A stretch of DNA of 64,000 nt, taken from positions 544,001 to 608,000 of the forward strand of contig CAXXDN010000001.1 in NCBI GenBank assembly GCA_963667465.2, given 5' to 3'. Shown here in pieces: positions 20,681-30,278 of the stretch; position 1 is the first letter of the stretch, and every line of letters begins with the position of its first letter. Made by a program: the position numbers and the translations under genes. The notes under the pieces are model-generated. The model ran no database searches, had not been told where the DNA came from, and was given only the letters and a program-made list of their open reading frames with translations. This DNA comes from Dehalococcoidia bacterium (GTDB taxonomy: Bacteria; Chloroflexota; Dehalococcoidia; UBA2979).

Positions 20681-21424
20681 CTACACGCCCCCGAGCGGCG
20701 CGATCGCCTCGGGCGACGGCACGACGATCCACGTCGCGCGCGCGACCGCGACCGTGTGCCCGCCCGGCGCGAGTAGCGCCGACTCCGCGTGGCGGCGGTT
20801 GCCTTCGACGCCGGTCAGGCGCGCCACGGCGACGTAGTCCTCGCCGGCGCGCACCGGATCGAGGACGCGCGCGGTCATCCGCCCCAGCACGGCGCTCAGG
20901 CGATCGTCGACGTGCGCCCAGCCGGTCGGGCAGTCGATCGCGGCCCAGACGATCGGCTCCGCCACGACGCCGTCCGCGCCCGCGAGGTCGGCCGAGGGCG
21001 TCCATGGTGCGGCGACGACCCCGGAGGCCCCGGGGACGGGGCCCGTGAAGATGCGCAGGCCGTCACCGGCGGCGCGTTCGGGGCCGCAGACGAAGCAGCC
21101 TGGGAACGGATGCTGCTCGAACCCGCGGAAGCGGCTTACCGCCTCGATCGCCTCGGCGGGGCTCACAAGCGGCGGCGCTGCCGGTTCCAGTGAGGTGGGC
21201 GCGGCCTCCGCCACCAGGTGCTCACCGTCGAACAGCAGCGCGCGATCGCCCTCGTGGCGCACCTCCATCGCCCGGTCGAGCGGAGGTGGGCTGCGCAGCG
21301 TCAGCTCGGCCGTGGGCGCGTCGAGCTGACGCGCCAGCAGTGCACAGGTGTAGCCGCCGTTGCCGGACTGCGGTGGGCCGCGAAAGCGCCGGGGGATCAC
21401 GATCGTCGCCGTGCTGCCGGCCAC
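20681..21424 (-). CDS. Double hotdog-fold thioesterase-like protein
   Basis: RFRGPPQSGNGGY, PFPGCFVCG and WAAIDCP. Confidence 0.75.
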   Translation of the reverse strand: MAGSTATIVIPRRFRGPPQSGNGGYTCALLARQLDAPTAELTLRSPPPLDRAMEVRHEGDRALLFDGEHLVAEAAPTSLEPAAPPLVSPAEAIEAVSRFRGFEQHPFPGCFVCGPERAAGDGLRIFTGPVPGASGVVAAPWTPSADLAGADGVVAEPIVWAAIDCPTGWAHVDDRLSAVLGRMTARVLDPVRAGEDYVAVARLTGVEGNRRHAESALLAPGGHTVAVARATWIVVPSPEAIAPLGGV

Positions 21425-21489
21425 CGGGCCCGTCCTTCCTCGTCCGGCGGTCGCGTGAGGAACTCGCGAGCCGTGCGGAGCGCCCGCCG

Positions 21490-22563
21490 TCAGCCGTCGA
21501 GGTAGTTGAGGCCGAGGGCGGAGCGTACGTCCACCATCGTGTCCTGCGCGACAGCGCGCGCGTACTCCGTGCCGCGGGCGAGCGCCGCGCGGACCTCGGC
21601 CGGGTTCGCCTCGTAGTGCGAGCGGCGCTCGCGGATCGGGTCGAGGAAGGTATTGAGTGCTGCCGCGAGCTTGCGCTTCACCTCCACGTCGCCGACGCGC
21701 CCCCCGCGGTAGCGGTCCTTGAGGTCGTCGACCTCCTCGGTGTCGGGGTTGAAGGCGTCGTGGTACATGAAGACCGGGTTGCCCTCGACGTGGCCGGGGT
21801 CGGTGGCGCGCAGCCGTGTCGGGTCCGTGTACATGCGCATCACCTTGCGCTCGACCGTCTCCGCGTCGTCCTTCAGGTCGATCGTGTTCCCCAGCGACTT
21901 GCTCATCTTCGCGTTGCCGTCGATGCCGACGAGGCGCGGCACGCGGCCGACGAGGCCGTCCGGCTCCGGGAAGACGTAGCCAAAGCGGCGGTTGAAGCGG
22001 CGTGCGACCTCGCGCGTCAGCTCGATGTGCGGCAGCTGGTCTTCGCCGACAGGCACGAGGTGCGCGCGCGGCATCAGGATGTTGGCGACCTGCATGATCG
22101 GGTAAGTGAAAAAGGCGACGGGCACGGCCCCGCGCTCGCGCACCACCTGGCGCTTGCCCTCGCGCTCGGCGTCCTCGAAGGACATGCCGCGCTCCTCGAG
22201 CTCGTCCATCTCAGCCTTGAGGGTCGGGTTGCGTTCGAGCCGGCCCATGCCGATGAACCAGCTGAGCAGCGTCGTCAGCTCGGCGTGCTCCGGCACCAGA
22301 CTCTCGATTACGAAGTGCGAGCGGTCCGGGTCGAGCCCGACGGCGAGCCAGTCCGTGGCGACCTCGATGACGGCCTCGCGGACGCGCTCGATGTCGTCGG
22401 CGTGGTCGGAGACCTGGTAGTCGGCGATGAGAAAAAAGCACTCGTACTCGTCCTGGAGCCGGAGCCAGTTCTCGAGCGCGCCCGCGTAGTGCCCGAGGTG
22501 CAGTGCCCCGGTGGGCCGCACCCCGGTCAGGATCCGCTGCTGCTCCTCGCCCGCCTCGCTCAT
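21490..22563 (-). CDS. trpS: Tryptophan--tRNA ligase
   Basis: TGVRPTGALHLGHY, VPVGEDQLPHIE and KMSKS. Confidence 0.96.
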   Translation of the reverse strand: MSEAGEEQQRILTGVRPTGALHLGHYAGALENWLRLQDEYECFFLIADYQVSDHADDIERVREAVIEVATDWLAVGLDPDRSHFVIESLVPEHAELTTLLSWFIGMGRLERNPTLKAEMDELEERGMSFEDAEREGKRQVVRERGAVPVAFFTYPIMQVANILMPRAHLVPVGEDQLPHIELTREVARRFNRRFGYVFPEPDGLVGRVPRLVGIDGNAKMSKSLGNTIDLKDDAETVERKVMRMYTDPTRLRATDPGHVEGNPVFMYHDAFNPDTEEVDDLKDRYRGGRVGDVEVKRKLAAALNTFLDPIRERRSHYEANPAEVRAALARGTEYARAVAQDTMVDVRSALGLNYLDG

Positions 22564-22590
22564 CGCGCCCTGCCTCCTCGCGCGTCGAGG

Positions 22591-22627
22591 GTATCGCGAG
22601 TGGGGGAGGGGGGCGAGGGAGGGGGCG
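22591..22627. repeat. G-rich 37-nt direct repeat, copy 1 (upstream of trpS)
   Basis: gtatcgcgagtgggggaggggggcgagggagggggcg; 35/37 identical to 23344-23380. Confidence 0.85.
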
Positions 22628-22680
22628 AGCCGGTGAACGTCGGTCGCTCTCGCGGGCGGCCGTGATCGCGAAGCGGGAAC

Positions 22681-23316
22681 CTATCCGCCGGGATCGGACC
22701 AGAGCATGCGGCCGTCGGCGTCGGCGAGATCCCGCACTGCGGCATCCGCCGCAGCGAGATCGAAGGCGTCCACGTCGAGCGGGAGGTCGATGAACTCTTC
22801 GGCCCACTCCCTCAGTTCCGCGTCGTGCTCCGGGGAAGGGTTGGTCAACGCCTCGCGCAGCTCGTGGTAGCCGCCGACGCCTCCGCAGTCCTCCGGCGGA
22901 CACGCGCCGCGTCCGGCGATGCAGGCAGGCGCGTCCGGTAGCGATTGCTCGCCGCTCCGGACCGCCACGAGCTCGACGTGGTGTTCCCAGGAGTCACCGA
23001 AGTCGTACTCATAGCGGAGCGTGTCGCGGGGCGCGCGCAGGACATCCGCCACGACCACATCGGACTCATCGGCATAGCCGAGCTCATCGAGGCTGGAGTC
23101 ACCGTACGTGACTCCATCGGGCGTGGTGAACGCATGCAGATGCGAGTTAGCCCAGCCCATGGCGGCCTGGATGACCAGATGGAGGTCGGCGAGCGTGATT
23201 TGGTCCGGGATCACCACGCGCCGCTCGATGTCCGGGTCGGCATCGACAAGGGCGATCAGAATCTCGTACTGCCGATCTGTGCCCTCAGCAGGCGCACCCG
23301 AGTTGTTCGCCGCCAT
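22681..23316 (-). CDS. Plasmid pRiA4b ORF-3 family protein
   Basis: TLADLHLVIQAAMGWANSHLHAF, YEYDFGDSWEH and CPPEDCGG. Confidence 0.9.
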   Translation of the reverse strand: MAANNSGAPAEGTDRQYEILIALVDADPDIERRVVIPDQITLADLHLVIQAAMGWANSHLHAFTTPDGVTYGDSSLDELGYADESDVVVADVLRAPRDTLRYEYDFGDSWEHHVELVAVRSGEQSLPDAPACIAGRGACPPEDCGGVGGYHELREALTNPSPEHDAELREWAEEFIDLPLDVDAFDLAAADAAVRDLADADGRMLWSDPGG

Positions 23317-23343
23317 CACGCTCCTCCTGCACTCACGCGGAGC

Positions 23344-23380
23344 GTATCGCGAGTGCGGGAGGGGGGCGAGGGAGGGGGTG
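23344..23380. repeat. G-rich 37-nt direct repeat, copy 2
   Basis: gtatcgcgagtgcgggaggggggcgagggagggggtg. Confidence 0.85.
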
Positions 23381-23439
23381 CTAGACTGGTTACCGCAGGA
23401 CCGTAGGCGATGCTGGCGGGTGGTCGAGGGGGCGGGAGC

Positions 23440-23742
23440 ATGGTTGCCGAGGCGCCGGAGCAGCTGCGGGAAGCGGCGGTCCAGTACTTCCGCGAGGAGG
23501 AACTGCCGGAAGCCCTGTGGTGGGTCGCCGATCTCAACCCGCTGCAACTGCGTCTCTTCGCAGTCGAGCTTTCGGACACGCTCAAGACCGCGCTGATCAC
23601 CGGCGACAATCTCCCGCTGTGTCGGGTGATCGAGAGCTGGGAAGCCACGGCCGAGGTCATGTCTTCCCCTGAGATGATCGCCGCGCTCACGCGGCCCATC
23701 GACGAGAGCGAGTACGCGCCGCTGTCCGAGTTCACCGAGTGA
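23440..23742 (+). CDS. Putative antitoxin-like acidic protein
   Basis: C-terminal WEATAEVMSSPEMIAAL resembles Phd/YefM-type toxin-binding tails; GGAG RBS before the ATG. Confidence 0.55.
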   Translation: MVAEAPEQLREAAVQYFREEELPEALWWVADLNPLQLRLFAVELSDTLKTALITGDNLPLCRVIESWEATAEVMSSPEMIAALTRPIDESEYAPLSEFTE

Positions 23743-24054
23743 TGCTCCCGGGTCGGCTCCGCCGCCAATCCGCGTGCGGGCCGACGTAGACGACTCGCAC
23801 CCTCCTGCGTTCCTCATCCACGCGAAAAATGAGCCTGCGGCGTCGACTCACGCGCAGTTGGTAGTGGTCCTCGAACGGCGCATTGAGTTGCTTGAGCCTG
23901 CCGGGGATCGGAGTAGTCGGCGTGCGGCTCGCGTAGTCTTGCAGGAAGGCGAGAGTCACCTCCCTCTCACGTTCGTTCCACGATCGGAGTTCCGCCCGGT
24001 CTCGGCGTCGGAGCCGGATCTCGTAGAGGGGTGTTCGGATTCCTCGTCCACCAT
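23732..24054 (-). CDS. RelE/ParE-family toxin, apparent -1 frameshift near 24028-24031
   Basis: LKQLNAPFEDHYQLRVSRRRRLIFRVDEERRRVRVVYVGPH; in-frame upstream YEIRL; ATG at 24054 joins if one C is added to a C4 run. Confidence 0.7.
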
Positions 24055-24059
24055 CGCCC

Positions 24060-25721
24060 CTACATCCGCTCCGGCGCCGAGATGCCCATCAGGCCGAGCG
24101 TGCGGGCGAGGGTGAGGCGGGTGGCCTCGAGGAGCAGGAGGCGCGCGCGGCTCAGCGCCTCGTCGTCGCCGAGCACGCGGCACTGCGTGTAGAAGACGTG
24201 GAAGGACTGCGCCAGCTCCTGCGCGTAGTGCGGGAGGCGGTGCGGCGCCAGCTCCTCGACGACCTCCTCGATCACCTCGGGCAGCAGCAGCAGCTTGCGG
24301 ATCAGCGCCTGCTCCGCCTCGTGCGTCAGCAACGAGGGCTGCGCACCCTCGGCGGACAGTCCCTGCTCGACGGCGTTGCGCAACACCCCGGCGATGCGCG
24401 CGTGCGCGTACTGCACGTAGTAGACCGGGTTGTCGTCCGACTGCCGCTTCGCCAGCTCCAGGTCGAAGTCCATCGCCGACCCGGCCGAGGAGAGCAGGAA
24501 GAAGAAGCGCGCCGCGTCGCGGCCGACCTCGTCGACGACCTCGCGCAGCGTCACGATCTCGCCCGCGCGCTTGGAGAGCGGGACGACCACCCCGTTCCGC
24601 TTGAGCGTCACGAGCTGGTAGAGCAGCACATCCAGCGCGTCGCCGTCGCCGCCCGTCGCCGTCACGCCGGCCTTGACGCGCGAGACGTGGCCCTGGTGGT
24701 CCGCGCCCCAGACGTCGATCACGCGGTCGAAGCCCCGCTCGATGAACTTGTCGTAGTGGTAAGCGATGTCCGTGGCGAAGTAGGTCGGCTGGCCGTCCGA
24801 GCGGATCAGCACGTTGTCCTTCGACTCGCCGAGTTGCGAGGAGGCGAACCAGACCGCGCCCTCGCGCTCGACGACGTGGCCGTCCCCGCGCAGCAGCGAG
24901 AGCACGCGGTCGTAGGGGCCGCCCTCGACCTGCAGCGAGCGCTCGGCGAACCAGCGGTCGTAGCGCACGCCCATCGCCTCGAGGTCCTCGCGGATCTGCT
25001 CGACCATGAGCCGGATGCCCTCGTCGCCGAGCCGGGCGGCGGGCTCCTCGCCCTCGGGGCGGAGGAAGGAGTCGCCGTGCTCGCCCTGAAGGCGGGCGGC
25101 GATCTCGCGCACGTACTCGCCGGGGTAGCCGTTCTCCGGGATCTCCACGTCACGGCCGTAGAGCTGCTGGTAGCGGGCGTAGAGGGTGCGGGCGAAGATC
25201 GCGACCTGCTGGCCGGCGTCGTTGATGTAGTACTCCTCCTCCACCTCGTGCCCGGTCGCGCGCAGCACGGCGGCGAGCGTGGAGCCGATGGCCGCCCCGC
25301 GCCCGTTGCCGACGTGCACCGGCCCGGTCGGGTTGGCGGAGACGTACTCGACCTGCGTCTTGCTGCCGCCGCCGAGGTCGAGTTGCGGCCAGGCCTCGCC
25401 CTCCTCGGCGATGGCGCGCGCCCGGTCGGCGGCCCAGGCGGGGTCGAGGTAGAGGTTAAGGAAGCCGGGCGGGGCGACGCTGACTTCGCCGACGGCGGGG
25501 TGGTCGGGCATGCGCGCGCGCAGCGCCTCGGCGACATCAAGGGCGCGCATGCGGGCGAGGCCCTGGATGCGCAGCGGGAGGTTGGCGGCGAAGTCGCCGT
25601 GCTCGGGGCGCTGGGGGTGCTCGAGTGTGACCTCGGGCGCGGCGAACGCGGGCAGGTCGCCCGCCTCCTGCGCGGCGACGAGCGCTCGTTCGACCAGTTC
25701 CCGCAGCTCTTCGCGAATCAC
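24060..25721 (-). CDS. argS: Arginine--tRNA ligase
   Basis: EYVSANPTGPVHVGNGR, GADHQGH, LSKRAG, YVQYAHAR and APERM. Confidence 0.97.
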   Translation of the reverse strand: MIREELRELVERALVAAQEAGDLPAFAAPEVTLEHPQRPEHGDFAANLPLRIQGLARMRALDVAEALRARMPDHPAVGEVSVAPPGFLNLYLDPAWAADRARAIAEEGEAWPQLDLGGGSKTQVEYVSANPTGPVHVGNGRGAAIGSTLAAVLRATGHEVEEEYYINDAGQQVAIFARTLYARYQQLYGRDVEIPENGYPGEYVREIAARLQGEHGDSFLRPEGEEPAARLGDEGIRLMVEQIREDLEAMGVRYDRWFAERSLQVEGGPYDRVLSLLRGDGHVVEREGAVWFASSQLGESKDNVLIRSDGQPTYFATDIAYHYDKFIERGFDRVIDVWGADHQGHVSRVKAGVTATGGDGDALDVLLYQLVTLKRNGVVVPLSKRAGEIVTLREVVDEVGRDAARFFFLLSSAGSAMDFDLELAKRQSDDNPVYYVQYAHARIAGVLRNAVEQGLSAEGAQPSLLTHEAEQALIRKLLLLPEVIEEVVEELAPHRLPHYAQELAQSFHVFYTQCRVLGDDEALSRARLLLLEATRLTLARTLGLMGISAPERM

Positions 25722-25793
25722 GTCCCGCCCAGTCTAGCGCGCCCCGCGTCGCGCGCGAGGGGTGCGGGCGAGGAGTAGCGGTATACTCGGAGC

Positions 25794-26057
25794 ATGGGTA
25801 CGAACGAGAAGCTGCTGCAACCTCTCGGGTTCCTCGCGTCGCTGCGCAGACTCGTCTCGCGTGCGCCGGCGAGCGTGACCGAGGTGGAGTTGCCTGCAGA
25901 ACAGCTGTCCGGACCGTCTGACCTGCCCGCCGGGTCGCTGCGCGTGCGGGAACAGGGCGCGAGGCTACTTCCGGTGCCTGACTCGGATGGTGTTGGCCCC
26001 CCGGGTCCCTCCGGCATCCCGGCAGGTCCATTGCGCGTCGAGAAGCGCGGGCTATAG
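25794..26057 (+). CDS. Hypothetical protein
   Basis: 87-aa ORF with GGAG RBS and a TATACT upstream; low-complexity tail. Confidence 0.35.
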   Translation: MGTNEKLLQPLGFLASLRRLVSRAPASVTEVELPAEQLSGPSDLPAGSLRVREQGARLLPVPDSDGVGPPGPSGIPAGPLRVEKRGL

Positions 26058-26068
26058 GCGAACTTCAG

Positions 26069-26578
26069 TTACAGCGAGGCGATGATGACCACCGCCACAC
26101 TGGCGGAGATCGCCTCGGCCATGACTGCGTAGGCAAGGTACTTGTAGCGCCTGTTCTTCGTGAGCATCAGTGCGGCATTGCGTTCGACGGAGTGGTACAC
26201 GTGCTCAGCCAGCCACTGCCGAACCGGGCCTTCCCCCCGGTCGGCTGAGAGCACCAGTAAGCGCCGGCTGTCGGGGCCCAGGTGTAGATTCGCCGCCTCC
26301 TGACAGCGGAAGAAGAGCAGCACGGCGCAGAGGAAGACGCCGATCACTACGGCTGCCGGGGCCAGGAGCCACCACGGCTCGCTCACCCCGCCCCACTGGA
26401 ATGTGCTGGCTCCCGAGAAGAGGGCGAGGATCGCGACCGCGAGTGTCAGCGCACGTTCGGCCTTCGCGTCGATGTCCTTGATTGTCTGGAGCTGCTCGTC
26501 AAGGCTCCATATCGCGAATTCGAGGGCAGCGCCGGCGCCCTCGTACTCCACAGCCGGTTGAGGCTCGTCGCTCGCCAA
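26069..26578 (-). CDS. Three-TM membrane protein resembling Pycsar effector (PycTM/DUF5706-like)
   Basis: IKDIDAKAERALTL, two TMs, then TKNRRYKYL and a C-terminal TM; start (TTG 26578) uncertain. Confidence 0.55.
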   Translation of the reverse strand: MASDEPQPAVEYEGAGAALEFAIWSLDEQLQTIKDIDAKAERALTLAVAILALFSGASTFQWGGVSEPWWLLAPAAVVIGVFLCAVLLFFRCQEAANLHLGPDSRRLLVLSADRGEGPVRQWLAEHVYHSVERNAALMLTKNRRYKYLAYAVMAEAISASVAVVIIASL

Positions 26579-26628
26579 CGCTCGGTCCCCCGGCCTGTGT
26601 CGCCCGAGCAGTCTAGCAAGTTTATGTC

Positions 26629-27915
26629 CTACGCCCTGATCACCCCGTCCCGTCGCAGCGCGGCGATCTCCGAGGGCGCAAGGCCTGCCTCGGCGAGCAC
26701 CTCGGAGGTGTGCGCGCCGATCGGCGGGGAGGCGCGCTCGATCGCGGTTGGCGTGGCGGAGAGCTCGACGACGGGGGCGACGACACGCTGCGGGCCGGTC
26801 ACTTCGTGCTCGATCTCGCGCATGTGGGCCGCGGCGACGACCTGCGGCTCGTCGGCGAGTTCCTCGGGGAGCAGGACGGGGGCGATCGGGACGCCCCCCG
26901 CGCCGAGGTCGTCCATCCACTCGGCCGTCGTGCGCTCGGCGAAGCGCGCGGTCATGTAGGTGACCCGCTGGTCGCCGTAGGCAATGCTCGCGGGGTCCGA
27001 GGCGTCGTAGTCCGGGTCGTCGGCGTGGTCGTCCGTGATCTCGAGCGCCTCGCGCACGAGCGCGCGCGTGCGAGGCGTGATCGCGCCGAGCATGATCAGG
27101 CCGCCGTCGGCGGTCTGGTAGGCGTGGCTGAAGCCGCGCAGCGCCGCCGTGTCCGATTGCCGCTGCCCCGCCCGCACCGCGAGGACCTCCTCGTAGCTGC
27201 CGCCGCGCGCGCGGATCGCCTGTACCTCCTCGATCATCGGGTCGCGCGTCACCGCGTCGCTGACCGGCTCGCGCATCACGACGGTGTCCTGGATCGCCAG
27301 CGAGGAGCGCAGCAGCGAGGCCTCGACGCGCTGGCCCTCGCCGGTGCGCTCGCGGTGGAAGAGCGCCGCGAGGATGCCCGCCGCGCCGGAGAAGCCCGCC
27401 GAATAGTCCGCAAACGCGCTGGCGGCGAGGTGCAGCGGTTCGCCCTCGGGACCGACCTTGGCGCCGCCGGCGATGATGCCGGCGTAGGCGGTCATCGTCG
27501 GGTCGGTCGCCGTGCGGTCGCTGAGCGGTCCGCCGTGGCCCCAGCCGGTGATCTCGCAGTAGACGAGGTCCGGGCGCAGCTCGCGCAGCGTCTCGTAGCC
27601 GAGCCCGTAGCGCTCGGCGGCGCCGGGCCGCAGGTTCTGCGTCACCACGTCGAAGTGCGGGACGAGCCGCCGCGCGAGGTCCCTCCCGGCGGGTTGGCCC
27701 AGGTCGATCGCGACGCCGCGCTTGTTGCGGTTGAGCGACTGGAAGCGCTTGCCCTCGTTGGGGACGATCGCGCCCCAGCGGCGGTGCTGGTCGCCGTCCG
27801 GCGGCTCCACCTTGACGACGTCCGCGCCGAGGTCGGCGAGCACGCAGCCGAGGAACGGCGCGGCCACTACCTGCGAGAACTCGAGGACGCGGACGCCCGC
27901 GAGCGGTCCGCTCAC
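26629..27915 (-). CDS. Family III CoA-transferase
   Basis: GVRVLEFSQ, LADLGADVVKVEPPDGD and LNRNKR. Confidence 0.92.
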   Translation of the reverse strand: MSGPLAGVRVLEFSQVVAAPFLGCVLADLGADVVKVEPPDGDQHRRWGAIVPNEGKRFQSLNRNKRGVAIDLGQPAGRDLARRLVPHFDVVTQNLRPGAAERYGLGYETLRELRPDLVYCEITGWGHGGPLSDRTATDPTMTAYAGIIAGGAKVGPEGEPLHLAASAFADYSAGFSGAAGILAALFHRERTGEGQRVEASLLRSSLAIQDTVVMREPVSDAVTRDPMIEEVQAIRARGGSYEEVLAVRAGQRQSDTAALRGFSHAYQTADGGLIMLGAITPRTRALVREALEITDDHADDPDYDASDPASIAYGDQRVTYMTARFAERTTAEWMDDLGAGGVPIAPVLLPEELADEPQVVAAAHMREIEHEVTGPQRVVAPVVELSATPTAIERASPPIGAHTSEVLAEAGLAPSEIAALRRDGVIRA

Positions 27916-28694
27916 GCGCGGCCCTCCTGGCGGCCGCGCCAGGGCTCGTGCTGCTTCGCGCTGCCGCGTGTCTGGTAGAGCATCATCTGGCGGAAGAGGT
28001 CGGCCTGCTCGGTGGCGGCAAGGCCGGCGTCGTAGCCGTAGCGCAGCGACTCGCGCGCCAGGCGCAGCGCCTGCGGCGGGTAGGAGATGATCTCCTGCAT
28101 CGTCTCGCGCGCTGTGGACAGCAATTCGTCCGGTTCGTGCACGGAGACGACGAGGCCGATGCGCTTCGCCTCCTCGGCGCCCACGGGGCGTCCGGTGAGC
28201 GCCATGTGCAGCGCGTTGCCGCGCCCCACGAAGCGCGCGAGGCGCAGCGTGCCGCCGTAGGCGGGCAGGATGCCGAGGCTGGTCTGTGGCAGCCGGAAGT
28301 TCGCCTCGGTACTGGCGAGGATGAAGTCCGTGCAGCAGCACATCAGGCAGCCGACGCCGATCGCGTAGCCGTTGACGGCCGCGATCACGGGCTTCGAGTA
28401 GGCCCCGAGCACGTCGAAGATCGGACTGCCCTGGTGCTCCTCCAGGTAGGACTCGGCGTCGTCTACGTTGTGCGTGGACTCCTCCTTGAGGTCCGCGCCG
28501 GCGCTGAAGGCGCGGCCCGCGCCGGTGAGGATGACGCCGCCCACGTCCGGGTTGGCCTCGGCGGCGATCAGCTCCTCGACGGTGTGCGCGCTGACCTCGC
28601 TGCCCCAGGCGTTGAGGCGCTCGGGGCGGTCGATCGTGACGACGGCGATGCCGTCACTCACCTCGGTGCGTGCGTAGCGGGGCGAGTCGCTCAT
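27912..28694 (-). CDS. Enoyl-CoA hydratase/isomerase family protein
   Basis: DRPERLNA, AFSAGADL and KPVIAAVNGYAIG. Confidence 0.92.
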   Translation of the reverse strand: MSDSPRYARTEVSDGIAVVTIDRPERLNAWGSEVSAHTVEELIAAEANPDVGGVILTGAGRAFSAGADLKEESTHNVDDAESYLEEHQGSPIFDVLGAYSKPVIAAVNGYAIGVGCLMCCCTDFILASTEANFRLPQTSLGILPAYGGTLRLARFVGRGNALHMALTGRPVGAEEAKRIGLVVSVHEPDELLSTARETMQEIISYPPQALRLARESLRYGYDAGLAATEQADLFRQMMLYQTRGSAKQHEPWRGRQEGRA

Positions 28695-29293
28695 GCGTCG
28701 CCTCCCCAGCGCTCCCAGTGCAGCACCTCGTCGATCGGCTTGCGGCCGAGCGGGCCGAAGCGGCCCAGCGGCCAGCCGACCGGGATCGTCGAGCCGATGT
28801 AGACGTCGTCGGGGATGCCGAAGTGGGCCTTGATCTCGGCCTCGGCGCCGGCCTGGAAGGTGGTCATCGCGGCGCCGAGGCCGAGGCCGCGCGCGGCGAG
28901 CAGCAGGTTCTGGGTGGCGGGGAAGATCGTCGACCACATGGTCGCGCGGATTGGATTCTCGGTGTTCGGGTAGGCGTTGCGGATGCAGCAGAAGATCACG
29001 GCCGGCGTCTCGGCGAAGTGCGTGATCAGGTAGCGCACGGCACGCATCATCCGCTCCTGCGTGTCGTCAGCCGGGGTCCGGCTGAACTGGCCCATGCGGC
29101 GCTGCAGGATGTCCGCGAGGAACTGCATGTCCTCGCGGTTGGTGACGACGACGAAGCCCCAGTGCTGCGAGTTGCCCGCCGAGGGCGCGCGCGTCGCCGC
29201 GTGCACGAGCTGCTCGAGCAGCTCGCGCGGTACCGGGTCCGGCTTGAGCCTTCGCATCGCGCGGTTCGTGTCCATCGCCTCGAAGAGGTCCAT
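28691..29293 (-). CDS. Nitroreductase family protein
   Basis: RAMRRLKPDPVP, APSAGNSQHW and QNLLLAARGLGLG. Confidence 0.9.
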   Translation of the reverse strand: MDLFEAMDTNRAMRRLKPDPVPRELLEQLVHAATRAPSAGNSQHWGFVVVTNREDMQFLADILQRRMGQFSRTPADDTQERMMRAVRYLITHFAETPAVIFCCIRNAYPNTENPIRATMWSTIFPATQNLLLAARGLGLGAAMTTFQAGAEAEIKAHFGIPDDVYIGSTIPVGWPLGRFGPLGRKPIDEVLHWERWGGDA

Positions 29294-29348
29294 CGCGGCT
29301 TCCTTCCAGTCGTTGCGTTGGTCAGTCGTTGCGCTGTTCTGTGGGTCG

Positions 29349-30236
29349 CTACCCGCGGTAGGCCTCGATGAAGTTCGTGATCGCGTCGATGTGCTGTTGC
29401 GGCGAGGTGAGGCCGGCGTTCATCGTGTTGAACGAAAGGTGCGTCGCGCCCGCGTCCTCCCAGCTCTCGGCCATCGCGAGTTGCGCGTCGAGGTCGCCGT
29501 CGAGGACGGCGGCGCGGGTGCAGAGCGCGATGGCGTCGGGGTCGCGGCCCGCCTCGCGCGCGTGCTCCCTGATGCGCCCGAAGCGGAAGAGGATGTCGTC
29601 GCGGTTGCGCTCGTGATCGTCGGGGAACTGGTCGCGCGGGATGAAGCCCGAGCCGTAGCGTCCGCAGCGGCGCAGCACGGGGCTGGACATGCCGCCGAAC
29701 CAGAGTGGGATCTCGCGCTCCGGCCGCGGGTTGATGCCGGCGTGGCGCACCGTATCGAAGCGCCCCTCGAAGGTGACGAGCTCCTCGGTCCAGAGCCGCT
29801 GGAGCAGCTCGAGCTGCTCATCGGTGCGGCGGCCGCGGTGGTGGTAGTCCTCGCCCAGCACCTCGAACTCGACCTGGTTCCAGCCAACGCCGACGCCGAG
29901 GATCAGCCGGCCATTGGAGAGCAGGTCGACCTCGGTGACCTGCTTGGCGACGAGGGCGGTCTGGCGCTGCGGCAGGATCAGGATGCCCGTCACCAGGTCG
30001 ATCCGCTGCGTGATCGCCGCCAGGTAGCCGAACAGCACGAACGGCTCGTGGAACATCGACTCGTGCGTGTACGGCCCGATCAGCGTGTGCTTCGAGGGGT
30101 CGGCGCCGATCACGTGGTCGAAGGCGACGAAGAAGTCGTAGCCGAGTTCTTCCGCGGCGACGGCGAAGTCACGGACCGGTCCGGGATCACTGCCGATCTC
30201 CGTCTGTGGGAACACCGCGCCGAGTTGCATCGTCAC
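29349..30236 (-). CDS. LLM-class (probably F420-dependent) oxidoreductase
   Basis: FPQTEIG, DHV, FHEPFVLFGYLA and LPQRQTALVAKQ. Confidence 0.88.
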   Translation of the reverse strand: MTMQLGAVFPQTEIGSDPGPVRDFAVAAEELGYDFFVAFDHVIGADPSKHTLIGPYTHESMFHEPFVLFGYLAAITQRIDLVTGILILPQRQTALVAKQVTEVDLLSNGRLILGVGVGWNQVEFEVLGEDYHHRGRRTDEQLELLQRLWTEELVTFEGRFDTVRHAGINPRPEREIPLWFGGMSSPVLRRCGRYGSGFIPRDQFPDDHERNRDDILFRFGRIREHAREAGRDPDAIALCTRAAVLDGDLDAQLAMAESWEDAGATHLSFNTMNAGLTSPQQHIDAITNFIEAYRG

Positions 30237-30278
30237 CCGCCTTCCGGCTGCCGCGCCCCGGCGGTCGCCTCCGTGGGG

